From the NCBI GenBank assembly GCA_963664405.1, contig OY761158.1, forward strand, positions 1,120,001 through 1,184,000: a stretch of 64,000 nucleotides of DNA. The letters run 5' to 3'. A program made the position numbers and the translations under genes. How positions within the stretch are numbered: position 1 is the first letter of the stretch; each line of letters begins with the position of its first letter. The notes beneath the pieces are model-generated. The model worked only from the letters and a program-made list of their open reading frames with translations, did not search any database and was not told where the DNA came from. Source of the stretch: Thermoanaerobaculia bacterium. Its GTDB lineage: Bacteria > Acidobacteriota > Thermoanaerobaculia > Multivoradales > Multivoraceae. Shown in pieces: positions 39,339 to 48,527 of the stretch.

Positions 39339-41893
39339 TCTTGCTGCAACCCGTCAAGAAAGCTCTTCGCGCTCTCGCCTCCGCCACGAAGGCGGCGGGG
39401 CTACTGGCACTGCTACTGCCAACGGCGTCAGGCGCGGAGCCCTACACCTGGCAGACGCTGGCGGATCTTCCGGAGCCGCTGGGGGTGGCGGGGCCTTTCG
39501 TCGGCACCAGCAACGGCTCGCTGGTGGTGGCAGGCGGGGCTCACTTCCCCGTCTCCCCCTTCCAAGGCGGAACCAAAGTCTGGATCGACTCGGTCTATGT
39601 TCTGGACGATCCCGAGAGTCAATGGCGGCAGGCGGGCCGATTGGATCGTCCGCTGGCCTATGGAGGCTCGGTCACCACCCCGGAAGGGATCGTGCTCCTC
39701 GGCGGCTCGGATTCGAGCCGGCACTACGCCGACGTGATCCGACTCCGAGTCGTCGACGGACGCATCGAAAAGGAGGAGTTGCCCGATCTTCCACGGGCGT
39801 GCGCGAACATCGGCGCCGCAATGCTCGGTAACGCTATCTACGTCGCCGGCGGGCAGGGCGATCCAGGCTCGCGCTCCGCGCTGAGGAACTTCTGGCGGCT
39901 GGATCTGTCGCGTGAGCCACTGCAGTGGGAGCCGCTCGAGCCATGGCGGGGCCCACCGCGCATGCTGCCGGTGGTCGCGACCCAGGACGGAGCCCTCTAT
40001 GTCATCAGCGGCGCGGAGCTGCTCACCGACGACGCCGGAGGTGTAACTCGCCGCTTTCTGACCGACGTATGGCGCTACAGACCCGAGAGCGGCGTCTGGG
40101 ACCCGGTTGCCGAAGCGCCACGAGCGATGGTCGCGGCACCGGCGATCGCGGAAGGCCAGAGCCACATCCTCGTCTTCGGCGGAGACGACGGGGACGACTT
40201 CTTGCGCCAGGCAGAGCTCGGCGACGACCATCCCGGATTCGCCAGGCGAGCTCTGGCGTACCACACCATCACCGACACCTGGGCGGACCTGGGAGCGACA
40301 CCCTTCGGCCACGTAACTACAACCGCCGTGAGATGGCGGGGCCAGGTGATCGTTGCCAGCGGCGAGGACCGACCGGGACACCGTTCTTCGCGCGTCTACG
40401 CCGGAGCCCCACCACCCAAAAGCCATCTCACCGCGGTCGACACGGTGACCATGGCTCTCTACCTGCTCTCGCTGGTGATCATGGGACTCTACCTCTCGCG
40501 CCGCGGCAAGAGCACTGAGGATTTCTTTCTGGCCGGGCGCCGCATTCCCTGGTGGGCCGCAGGTCTGAGCATCTTCGGCACCCAGTTGAGCGCGATCACT
40601 TTCATGACCATCCCGGCCAAGGCCTACGCCACCGACTGGGTCTTCTTCATGGCCAATGTCGCCATCGTCGCCATCGCTCCGATCGTCATCGTGTTCTATC
40701 TCCCCTTCTTCCAGCGGCTGCGGGTCACCACTGTCTACGAGTATCTCGAGCTGCGCTTCAACGTGCAGGTGCGCCTGTTCGCTAGCCTCGCCTTCATCCT
40801 CTTCCAGCTCGGCCGCATGACCATCGTGCTCTTCTTGCCGGCCCTCGCCCTCTCTACAGTCACCGGCATGAACGTCTACATGTGCATCCTGGTGACGGGC
40901 CTTCTCTGCACTTTCTACACCGTCCTCGGCGGTATCGAGGCCGTGATCTGGACTGATGTGCTGCAAGTCATCGTCCTGCTCGGAGGAGGCCTCCTCAGTC
41001 TGGCGCTGATCCTCCACGACGTGGGGGGGCTCGGCGAGGTGGTGCAAACGGGGGCGGCTGACGGCAAGTTCCACATGATCGACTGGTCCTGGGACATGAC
41101 AACGACCTCGGTATGGATCGTGCTCTTCGGCAGCATGTTCGCAAACCTGGGTGTCTACACCTCGGACCAGAGCGTGGTTCAACGCTACCTCACGACCAAG
41201 GACGAGAAGGCAGCGGCCCGCTCGATCTGGACCAACGTGGCGGTCGGGATGCCGGGCACCGTTCTGTGGTTTGGCCTCGGCACCTGCCTCTATGTGTTCT
41301 ACAAACAGCGACCGGGGGATCTCGATCCCGGGGTGAGCACGGATGCGATCTTGCCTCTTTTCATCGCCAAGGAGCTCCCTTCCGGCGTCTCGGGCGCGAT
41401 CATCGCCGCCGTCTTCGCAGCCACGATGTCGTCCCTCGACAGCAGTCTGCACAGCATCTCGACCGTTGTCGTCACCGACTTCTACCGCCGCTTTCGTCAG
41501 GCGGCGACCGATCTCGACTGTCTGAGGCTGGCCAAGCGAGTGACCGCCGTCCTCGGCTTTGCCGCCACCGTGACGGCACTCCTTTTGGCCACCTACGACT
41601 TCGGCTCGCTCTGGGATGTTTTCCTGGAGGTAATGGGCTTGTTCGGCGGCGCCTTGGGCGGGCTTTTCGCGCTGGGGATCTTCACCAAGCGCGCGACCGG
41701 GCCGGGGGCCTTGGTCGGAGCGCTCACCAGCGCCGTAGTGCTCTATCTGGTGCGGACCTATACCCCGCTTCACTTCCTCACCTACGCCGCGGTCGGTGCG
41801 TCGGTCTGTCTACTCGTAGGCTATGCGGCCAGCCTGGTGCTTCCAGGGCGCCCCAAAGATCTGACCGGACTCACGGTCTACACAAAGAGCTAG
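39335..41893 (+). CDS. Kelch-repeat (NanM-like mutarotase) domain fused to a sodium:solute symporter (SiaT-like)
   Basis: Signal peptide; Kelch GG repeats (VAGGAHFP, LLGG, IYVAGG, LVFGG); then FFLAGR.IPWWAAGLSIFGTQLSAITF, GGIEAVIWTD, DQSVVQRYL and AA.MSSLDS with about 13 TM helices. Confidence 0.9.
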   Translation: MILLQPVKKALRALASATKAAGLLALLLPTASGAEPYTWQTLADLPEPLGVAGPFVGTSNGSLVVAGGAHFPVSPFQGGTKVWIDSVYVLDDPESQWRQAGRLDRPLAYGGSVTTPEGIVLLGGSDSSRHYADVIRLRVVDGRIEKEELPDLPRACANIGAAMLGNAIYVAGGQGDPGSRSALRNFWRLDLSREPLQWEPLEPWRGPPRMLPVVATQDGALYVISGAELLTDDAGGVTRRFLTDVWRYRPESGVWDPVAEAPRAMVAAPAIAEGQSHILVFGGDDGDDFLRQAELGDDHPGFARRALAYHTITDTWADLGATPFGHVTTTAVRWRGQVIVASGEDRPGHRSSRVYAGAPPPKSHLTAVDTVTMALYLLSLVIMGLYLSRRGKSTEDFFLAGRRIPWWAAGLSIFGTQLSAITFMTIPAKAYATDWVFFMANVAIVAIAPIVIVFYLPFFQRLRVTTVYEYLELRFNVQVRLFASLAFILFQLGRMTIVLFLPALALSTVTGMNVYMCILVTGLLCTFYTVLGGIEAVIWTDVLQVIVLLGGGLLSLALILHDVGGLGEVVQTGAADGKFHMIDWSWDMTTTSVWIVLFGSMFANLGVYTSDQSVVQRYLTTKDEKAAARSIWTNVAVGMPGTVLWFGLGTCLYVFYKQRPGDLDPGVSTDAILPLFIAKELPSGVSGAIIAAVFAATMSSLDSSLHSISTVVVTDFYRRFRQAATDLDCLRLAKRVTAVLGFAATVTALLLATYDFGSLWDVFLEVMGLFGGALGGLFALGIFTKRATGPGALVGALTSAVVLYLVRTYTPLHFLTYAAVGASVCLLVGYAASLVLPGRPKDLTGLTVYTKS

Positions 41894-42188
41894 AGCGGCG
41901 GAACACAGCCTTTATCGCAGTGCCGTGGACTGAGGCTGCAGCCACTTGCAGCTGGAAAGATCACTTTCTCCCTGGACAGGCTCCCGCCCAGGGAAAGCGA
42001 TCCATGGCGTCTGAGGGTCGTCGCTGACAACGACCCTGTAGTCGAGTCTGTCGCGCAGCCATCCGGTCGAACCAGTGCTGCGGAGAGGCTCTCAGCACTG
42101 GATCGGAATGCGGATCTAAAACGCGCCGGCGCGAACGACTCCGGCATCGGCGGGCAAACACCCAAATCCTCGGAGCGGCCGAATCGGC

Positions 42189-42216
42189 TGGACAAGCAGA
42201 CGTATAGAGGTATGCT
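42189..42216 (+). promoter_or_regulatory. possible sigma70 promoter for the acyl-CoA dehydrogenase
   Basis: TGGACA-N16-TATGCT about 50 bp upstream of a GAGGA-preceded ATG. Confidence 0.35.
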
Positions 42217-42266
42217 ACCGCCCGCCTAAAAAACTGAGTAGCGATGCGCTCGCGAGGAGAGGACGA

Positions 42267-43514
42267 ATGCCAAACCTGAACCCCGAACTTTTCAATCTGG
42301 CTATGTCAGACGAAGCACAGCCCTTGATGGAGGCTGTGAAAAAGCACATCAAGGACAACGTAGAACCCATCACAGAGGAATTCGAAGCTCTCCACGAGGA
42401 GAAGGAAGATCGCTGGTCATGGCATCCACGGCAGCTCGAGCTGCTCGACGGAGCCAAGGCGAAGGCAAAAGAGTCGGGCCTGTGGAACTTCTTCCTTCCT
42501 GGCTCCGAGATCGGCCGGGGCCTGACCAACCTGGACTATGCCTACATCGCAACCGAGCTAGGCCGATTCCCTCTGTCCTCGGAAACTCTCAATTGCAGCG
42601 CGCCGGACACAGGCAACATGGAAGTGCTCGAGCGGGTCGGGACCGAAGAGCAGAAAGAGAAGTGGCTGAAGCCGCTGTTGGATGGAGAAATCCGCTCGGC
42701 CTACGCCATGACCGAGCCAGGCATAGCTTCTTCGGACGCGAAGAACATCTCCACCAGCGCCGTTCTCGACGGTGACGAATGGGTCATCAATGGCGAGAAG
42801 TTCTACATCTCGGGTGCCGGTGACCCACGCTGCAAGATCCTGATCACTATGGTCAAGACCAGTCCGGATGGCCATCCGAGTCGCCAGCAGTCGCAGATTC
42901 TGGTACCGAAGGACACTCCGGGGGTCGAGATACTGGAAGGCATGCAGGTGTTCGGTCACGACCACGCCCCTCGCGGCCACATGCACCTCAGATTCAACAA
43001 CGTGCGGGTGCCGAGAGAGAACATCCTCCTTGGCGAGGGTCGCGGTTTCGAGATCTCCCAGCTCCGTCTCGGTCCAGGGCGCATTCATCACTGCATGCGC
43101 TCCCTCGGCAAAGCGGAGCAGGCGCTCGAGCTCATGGTCAAACGCGCCAGCAGCCGCGAAGCCTTCGGCAAGCCCATCGTCAAGCTGGGCAAGAACCTCG
43201 AGGTAATCTCCCGCGCCCGGATCGAGATCACTGGCATGCGCCTCGCGGTGTTGCAGGCGGCGAAGGCGATGGACGTGCTCGGCAACCAGGAGGCGAGGGT
43301 CTACGTCAGCGCGGTCAAGGCGATGGTGCCCGAGAAGGTCTGCAACATCATCGACGCAGCGATCCAGATGCACGGCGCAGCCGGCATATCGCAGTGGACA
43401 CCCCTAGCCGATCTCTACATGGATATGAGGCACCTCCGCTTCGCCGATGGACCCGACGAAGTCCACCACATGGTCGTAGGCCGGGCGGAAGTTCAGCAGT
43501 ACGGACTCTGGTAG
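42267..43514 (+). CDS. acyl-CoA dehydrogenase (ACAD10/11-like)
   Basis: GLWNFFLP, NCSAPDTGNMEVL, AMTEP..ASSDA, RLGPGRIHHCMR and ADGPDEVH. Confidence 0.95.
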   Translation: MPNLNPELFNLAMSDEAQPLMEAVKKHIKDNVEPITEEFEALHEEKEDRWSWHPRQLELLDGAKAKAKESGLWNFFLPGSEIGRGLTNLDYAYIATELGRFPLSSETLNCSAPDTGNMEVLERVGTEEQKEKWLKPLLDGEIRSAYAMTEPGIASSDAKNISTSAVLDGDEWVINGEKFYISGAGDPRCKILITMVKTSPDGHPSRQQSQILVPKDTPGVEILEGMQVFGHDHAPRGHMHLRFNNVRVPRENILLGEGRGFEISQLRLGPGRIHHCMRSLGKAEQALELMVKRASSREAFGKPIVKLGKNLEVISRARIEITGMRLAVLQAAKAMDVLGNQEARVYVSAVKAMVPEKVCNIIDAAIQMHGAAGISQWTPLADLYMDMRHLRFADGPDEVHHMVVGRAEVQQYGLW

Positions 43515-43540
43515 AACGAGAGGTCGGTGCCCAAAGCGCG

Positions 43541-45577
43541 ATGCGATCGCACCAAAATGTACACGTTGCGCTGGCTGTAGGGCTCGTCTCTGGCTGTCTC
43601 GCCTGCACGCCGACTACCGAGACCGGCAGTTCTCTCGGCGCCGAAGGTGAGGTCACCCTCGGCATGCCAGACCCGACCTTCGGCGAGTGGTCGCCGGCCG
43701 GCGGCGCGGCGCCCCTCGGCACACCCGCATCGCGAGAGCCCTGCGCGGCGAGCGCGCCTCTGCGGGAGGCGTACTTCGGCGACCTCCACGTGCACACCGC
43801 CTTTTCGTTCGACGCCATCTCACGGGGTGGCTTCCAGACCCCAGACGATGCCTACCGCTTCGCCCGCGGCGAAGAGATCGGTCTCTCCCCCCGCGACGAG
43901 TCCGGGCAACCGTTGCGAACCATCCAGCTCGATCGTCCTCTCGACTTCGCCGCGGTAACCGATCACGCCGAATGGCTGGGAGAAGTCGTCGAGTGCACTC
44001 GCCCGGAAGCCCCGGCCTACGACACCCCAGCCTGCCGTGCGGTGCGCGGATCCGGCAACCCTTCCGACCTGGGCCAGGCGATCGCGGAGCTCTTCGGCGA
44101 CCGTCCACGCAGTGCCTCGATCTGCGGTGAAGACCCGAAGAGGTGCCGCCAAGGCTTGCTCAGCGCCTGGGAGAGAACCCAGGAAGCGGCCGAGCGCCAC
44201 TACGATCGAACCAGCGCCTGCTCCTTTACTACCTTTCATGCCTGGGAGTATACCCGCATGCCCGGCCGCTCCAAGGCGCATCGCAACGTGATCTTGCGTA
44301 ACGAGATCGTGCCGGAGCTGCCCGTATCCTGGGTGGACGAGCCCGAGGTAGAGGGCTTGTGGGACAAGCTCGAGTCCCGCTGCAACAACGGCGGCAGTTG
44401 CGAGGCGCTCACCATCCCGCACAATCCCAACATCTCCAATGGCCTCCTCTTCACGCTGGATTATGGCGACACGCCGACCGAGGCGGACCGCGCTCGTGCA
44501 GCTCGACGAGCGCAGATCGAGCCCCTGGTGGAGATGATGCAATCGAAGGGAGAGTCGGAATGTCGCCAGGGAATGTACGGCGTGGTCGGGGGCGAGGACG
44601 AGCTCTGCGACTTCGAAAAGGTGCGCTACGTCGCCGGTGAGCAACCGCCGGACTGCGAAGAAGGAACCGGCTCCGGCGCCATGGACGGCCGCGGTTGCCA
44701 GTCTCGGCTCGATTTCGTTCGCTACGGCCTCATCGAGGGCCTGCGACAGTGGCAGCGCATGGGCGTCAACCCGATCCGCGTCGGCCTCATCGGTAGCACC
44801 GACACTCACAACGGGACCCCTGGCGCCGTCGACGAGTACGCCTACCGTGGCCACAACTCGAACGTCGATTCATCGCCTCTAAAGAGGCTCACGGAGGAGG
44901 CCTACGCCCCGCACCGGCTGCGCAACCCGGGCGGTCTGGTCGGTCTCTGGGCCGAAGAGAACACGCGCGACGCCCTCTTCGACGCGATGAAACGACGAGA
45001 AGCCTTCGCCACCAGCGGTGTGCGCATCAGGCCTCGTCTCTTCGCCGGCTGGAGCCTGCCAGCCGATCTTTGCGAGCGCGACGATCTGGTGGCGACAGCC
45101 GACACCGGCGGCGTACCGATGGGTGGAGTGCTGCCCCCACAAGAGAGCTCGAATGCTCCAGTCTTCGCCGCCACCGCCCTCCAGGACCCCGGTACCACCG
45201 ATCATCCCGGGGGTCTGCTGCAGAGGATCCAGATGATCAAGGGCTGGGTGGGTGACGACGGGCTGTTCCACGAGGCCGTCTACGACATCGCCGGGGATGC
45301 GATGAACGGCGCCGACGTATCACCGGACACCTGCGAGCCGAACGGTCCGGGGGCGTCGTCCCTGTGCGGGACCTGGACCGATCCCGACTTCGATCCGGCG
45401 CGACCCGCGGTCTACTACGCGAGGATTCTCGAGAACCCAAGCTGCCGCTGGAACGCACGCCAGTGCATCGCCCTCCCAGCCGGGCAGCGACCGGACGCCT
45501 GCGGCGACCCCGAGACGCCCTGGCGCATCCAGGAACGGGCCTGGACTTCCCCGATCTGGTACGAGCCTACCAACTGA
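43541..45577 (+). CDS. DUF3604 family exported/lipoprotein (PHP-like metal motifs)
   Basis: YFGDLHVHT..S.DA, LDFAAVTDHAE, HRNVI, IPHN.N.SNG, GSTDTH and IQERAWTSPIWY; LAC lipobox-like leader. Confidence 0.9.
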   Translation: MRSHQNVHVALAVGLVSGCLACTPTTETGSSLGAEGEVTLGMPDPTFGEWSPAGGAAPLGTPASREPCAASAPLREAYFGDLHVHTAFSFDAISRGGFQTPDDAYRFARGEEIGLSPRDESGQPLRTIQLDRPLDFAAVTDHAEWLGEVVECTRPEAPAYDTPACRAVRGSGNPSDLGQAIAELFGDRPRSASICGEDPKRCRQGLLSAWERTQEAAERHYDRTSACSFTTFHAWEYTRMPGRSKAHRNVILRNEIVPELPVSWVDEPEVEGLWDKLESRCNNGGSCEALTIPHNPNISNGLLFTLDYGDTPTEADRARAARRAQIEPLVEMMQSKGESECRQGMYGVVGGEDELCDFEKVRYVAGEQPPDCEEGTGSGAMDGRGCQSRLDFVRYGLIEGLRQWQRMGVNPIRVGLIGSTDTHNGTPGAVDEYAYRGHNSNVDSSPLKRLTEEAYAPHRLRNPGGLVGLWAEENTRDALFDAMKRREAFATSGVRIRPRLFAGWSLPADLCERDDLVATADTGGVPMGGVLPPQESSNAPVFAATALQDPGTTDHPGGLLQRIQMIKGWVGDDGLFHEAVYDIAGDAMNGADVSPDTCEPNGPGASSLCGTWTDPDFDPARPAVYYARILENPSCRWNARQCIALPAGQRPDACGDPETPWRIQERAWTSPIWYEPTN

Positions 45578-45703
45578 GCACTACGGTTCAACAGACGGCG
45601 GTCACTCCTCTGACCCATGCCGGGTCCGCGAGCTCGAGCTCGATGCTACTCTGCGACGGATTCTAGCCACCGCTGAATTACCAATTGCCCCGAGGAGAAG
45701 TGA

Positions 45704-47095
45704 ATGCGCTCATCTTCGCGACCGGAGATTCCGATTGTTATCGCAATGGTCCTCGCCGTGGGCTTGGTCACGGAGCCAAAGGCTGAGGCAGACGACTCGG
45801 CGTCTTCACCGACCCAGCCGAACATCGTCTTCGTCCTCATCGACGACCTCGGCCAGGAAGGGCTCGGCTCCTACGGCTCCACCTACTCCACGCCCAACCT
45901 CGACCAGCTCGCCGCCTCAGGTATACGCTTCACTCACGCCTACGCTACGCCGCTGTGCTCGCCGACGCGGGTGAAGGTACTGACCGGGCGCCGCCTCGAC
46001 CGCGCCTACACCGAGTGGGGTCTGCTGGAGCCGACTGAGATCACTTTCGGCAATCTCCTGCGCGACGCCGGCTACGCCACTTTCGCCGCTGGGAAGTGGC
46101 AGCTCTGGGGGTTTCCGCTGGGCTGGCCTCCCGGGCCGGAGTGCTGCTACGGCCGCGGACAGACGCCGGAAGACGCGGGCTTCGACAGCTCGCTGGTTTG
46201 GCACTTCTACAACAAGGGCAGTCGCTTCTGGCATCCGCTCTTCTATCGCGACGGAGCCGACGGCGCCAAGCCGGCCGACGGCAAGTACGGCCCCGACCTG
46301 CTCACCGACTTTCTCATCGACAAGATCGAAAGCCAGGTGAAGGAGCGCCCAGAACAGCCCTTCTTCGCCTACTACCCGATGGTCCTCGTCCACTTTCCCT
46401 ACGAGCCGACGCCGGACAGCGCCGCGGAGAGGGGACGACCGGCGCCGCCAGCCGATGTCAAGAAGGGGCCCTCGCCCGAAAGCGGCGACCCTGCCAACTT
46501 CCCGGACATGGTGGCCTACACCGACAAGGCCATTGGCCGTATCCTCGCCAAGCTAGACGAGCTAGGCGTTCGTGACAACACCTTGGTGCTGGTCACCGGG
46601 GATAACGGCACACCGAGGGGTATCGACACCAAGATGAAGGACGGCAGAACGATACCCGGCGGCAAGGGACTCTCCATCGACACCGGCATTCATGTGCCGA
46701 TGTTGGCTTCGTGGCCGGGAGTGATCGAAAGCGGTCAGGTCTCTCGAGCCCTCGTCGATGTCGGCGATGTCCTGCCGACCCTCGCGGAGGCAGCAGGCGC
46801 GGCGCTCCCCCAAGACCGTGTCATCGACGGCAAGAGCTTGCTACCGGTAGCGCGAGGCGAGGTGAGTGGTGTGCGCGACTGGCTCTTCACCCACTATCAC
46901 CCGCGCTTCGGCACAGTCAAAGGAAAGGCCTGGGCATACAACCATCGCTTCAAGCTCTACGAGGACGGACGCTTTTTCGAGTGGGTGGAGGACCCTCAGG
47001 AGGAACGTCCTCTTCGAGAAGCGGCGCTGTCCCGGGAAGCAAAGGCCGCGAAGACGATGCTACAAGGGGCGCTGGATCAATCGTACGACCGATAG
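45704..47095 (+). CDS. sulfatase
   Basis: PNIVFVLIDDLG, CSPTR, GKWQL, YGPD and GDNGT; signal peptide. Confidence 0.92.
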   Translation: MRSSSRPEIPIVIAMVLAVGLVTEPKAEADDSASSPTQPNIVFVLIDDLGQEGLGSYGSTYSTPNLDQLAASGIRFTHAYATPLCSPTRVKVLTGRRLDRAYTEWGLLEPTEITFGNLLRDAGYATFAAGKWQLWGFPLGWPPGPECCYGRGQTPEDAGFDSSLVWHFYNKGSRFWHPLFYRDGADGAKPADGKYGPDLLTDFLIDKIESQVKERPEQPFFAYYPMVLVHFPYEPTPDSAAERGRPAPPADVKKGPSPESGDPANFPDMVAYTDKAIGRILAKLDELGVRDNTLVLVTGDNGTPRGIDTKMKDGRTIPGGKGLSIDTGIHVPMLASWPGVIESGQVSRALVDVGDVLPTLAEAAGAALPQDRVIDGKSLLPVARGEVSGVRDWLFTHYHPRFGTVKGKAWAYNHRFKLYEDGRFFEWVEDPQEERPLREAALSREAKAAKTMLQGALDQSYDR

Positions 47096-47109
47096 AGAGC
47101 CTCGAAGAG

Positions 47110-47150
47110 CCGATCCAACGACGGGCCGCCACGCCCCGTCGTTGGATCGG
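47110..47150. repeat. perfect 16-bp inverted repeat (terminator/REP-like hairpin)
   Basis: CCGATCCAACGACGGG-N9-CCCGTCGTTGGATCGG, 14 bp after the sulfatase stop; no U-tract. Confidence 0.8.
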
Positions 47151-47310
47151 AGGTATTCCGTCTGGACCAGGCTACCGACGCGTCGGGCGATTCGAAGAAG
47201 CAGGCGGCCCTCCGTTTTCTTCTGGCCCGCTGACCTGCGATAGCGAGCCCAGCCTGCATGAGCAAAGAGGCTATAGTAGCTGCCCTCTTCACTATTGGGG
47301 CTACTGAGAT

Positions 47311-48501
47311 ATGAGATTCCGACTCGAGGCCGCGTCGCTGCTTCTGCTGAGCGCAGCCGCCTTCGCCCAGGACGACTACGACACCGCGACGCTGGGAGTG
47401 AAACGCATGTTCGCCCAGGCGGCCGTGAGAGCGCTCAACGAGCCTTTTGTGGGCGTGACCAACGACGGCGCGGTTCAACCAGGCCTGTTCTCCATCCGTG
47501 CCTCCGGCGTCTCGACCGCACCGGTGGTAGAGGCCGCTGACCGTTTCCTGGCTAGCCTGAGGCCTGACCAGAAAGTGCGCACCGTCTATTCTGTTCAGGA
47601 TCCAGAGTGGCGACGCTGGTCCAATGTCGACAATGGGATCTTCCTGCGCGCCGGCGTCAGCCTCAAGGAGATGAGCGGGGAGCAGCGCGAAGCCGCGATG
47701 GCACTGATGGGTGAATCGCTCAGTGCAAGAGGCCTGCAGCTCAGCCTCGACATCATGAAGACCGACCAGACCCTGCGCGAGATAAATAACGACGTCCTGA
47801 GCTATGACGAGGATCTCTATTTCTTCACCCTGATGGGCCTACCTTCAACAACCGAGCCCTGGGGCTGGCAGATCGACGGGCATCACCTCATCATCAATTA
47901 CTTCGTGCTCGGCGACCAGGTGGTCATGACCCCGGTGTTCCTGGGCGGCGAGCCGGTGAAGGCCAAAACGGGCAAATACGCTGGAAATCACATCCTGCAG
48001 CAAGAGCAGAACCAGGGGCTGGCAATGATGCGGGCACTGGACGCTGAACAACAGGCTTCAGCGACGCTTGCCTCGAGCAAGTCGCGCAACTACAACCAGG
48101 GCGAGGCCAACAAGGACAACGCCGTAGTCGCATACCAGGGCGTTCCTGCGACCCGGCTCTCGGCTGCGCAAAGAGACCAGCTACTCGATCTCATCGGGCT
48201 GTTTATCGGAAATATGCGCGAGGGTCACGCCGAGGTTCGGATGGAGGAGGTAGCGGGCCAACTGGACAACACCAGATTCGCCTGGGCCGGAGAAGTGAGC
48301 GACGACGCCGTCTTTTACTATCGGATTCACAGCCCGGTTGTCCTAATCGAGTTCGATCACCAGTTCCCGGTCGGCACCCGGGTGATCAACAAAGAGCGCA
48401 AACCCACCCGCGACCACATTCACGTCGTGATCCGCACACCCAATGGCAATGACTACGGTAAGGACCTACTGCGGCAACACCTCGAGGCTCACCCTCACTA
48501 A
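47311..48501 (+). CDS. DUF3500 domain exported protein
   Basis: W..WSN, PWGWQIDGHHL.IN, YYRIHSPV.LIEFDHQ and HIH.V.RTPNGNDYG. Confidence 0.9.
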   Translation: MRFRLEAASLLLLSAAAFAQDDYDTATLGVKRMFAQAAVRALNEPFVGVTNDGAVQPGLFSIRASGVSTAPVVEAADRFLASLRPDQKVRTVYSVQDPEWRRWSNVDNGIFLRAGVSLKEMSGEQREAAMALMGESLSARGLQLSLDIMKTDQTLREINNDVLSYDEDLYFFTLMGLPSTTEPWGWQIDGHHLIINYFVLGDQVVMTPVFLGGEPVKAKTGKYAGNHILQQEQNQGLAMMRALDAEQQASATLASSKSRNYNQGEANKDNAVVAYQGVPATRLSAAQRDQLLDLIGLFIGNMREGHAEVRMEEVAGQLDNTRFAWAGEVSDDAVFYYRIHSPVVLIEFDHQFPVGTRVINKERKPTRDHIHVVIRTPNGNDYGKDLLRQHLEAHPH

Positions 48502-48527
48502 TCCGGTCAACGGCCAGAACTGGCGTA

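Noticed and set aside
39428-41773. 781-aa minus-strand ORF
   Set aside because: Antisense shadow of the Kelch-SSS gene; no motifs; expected with high-GC codon bias.
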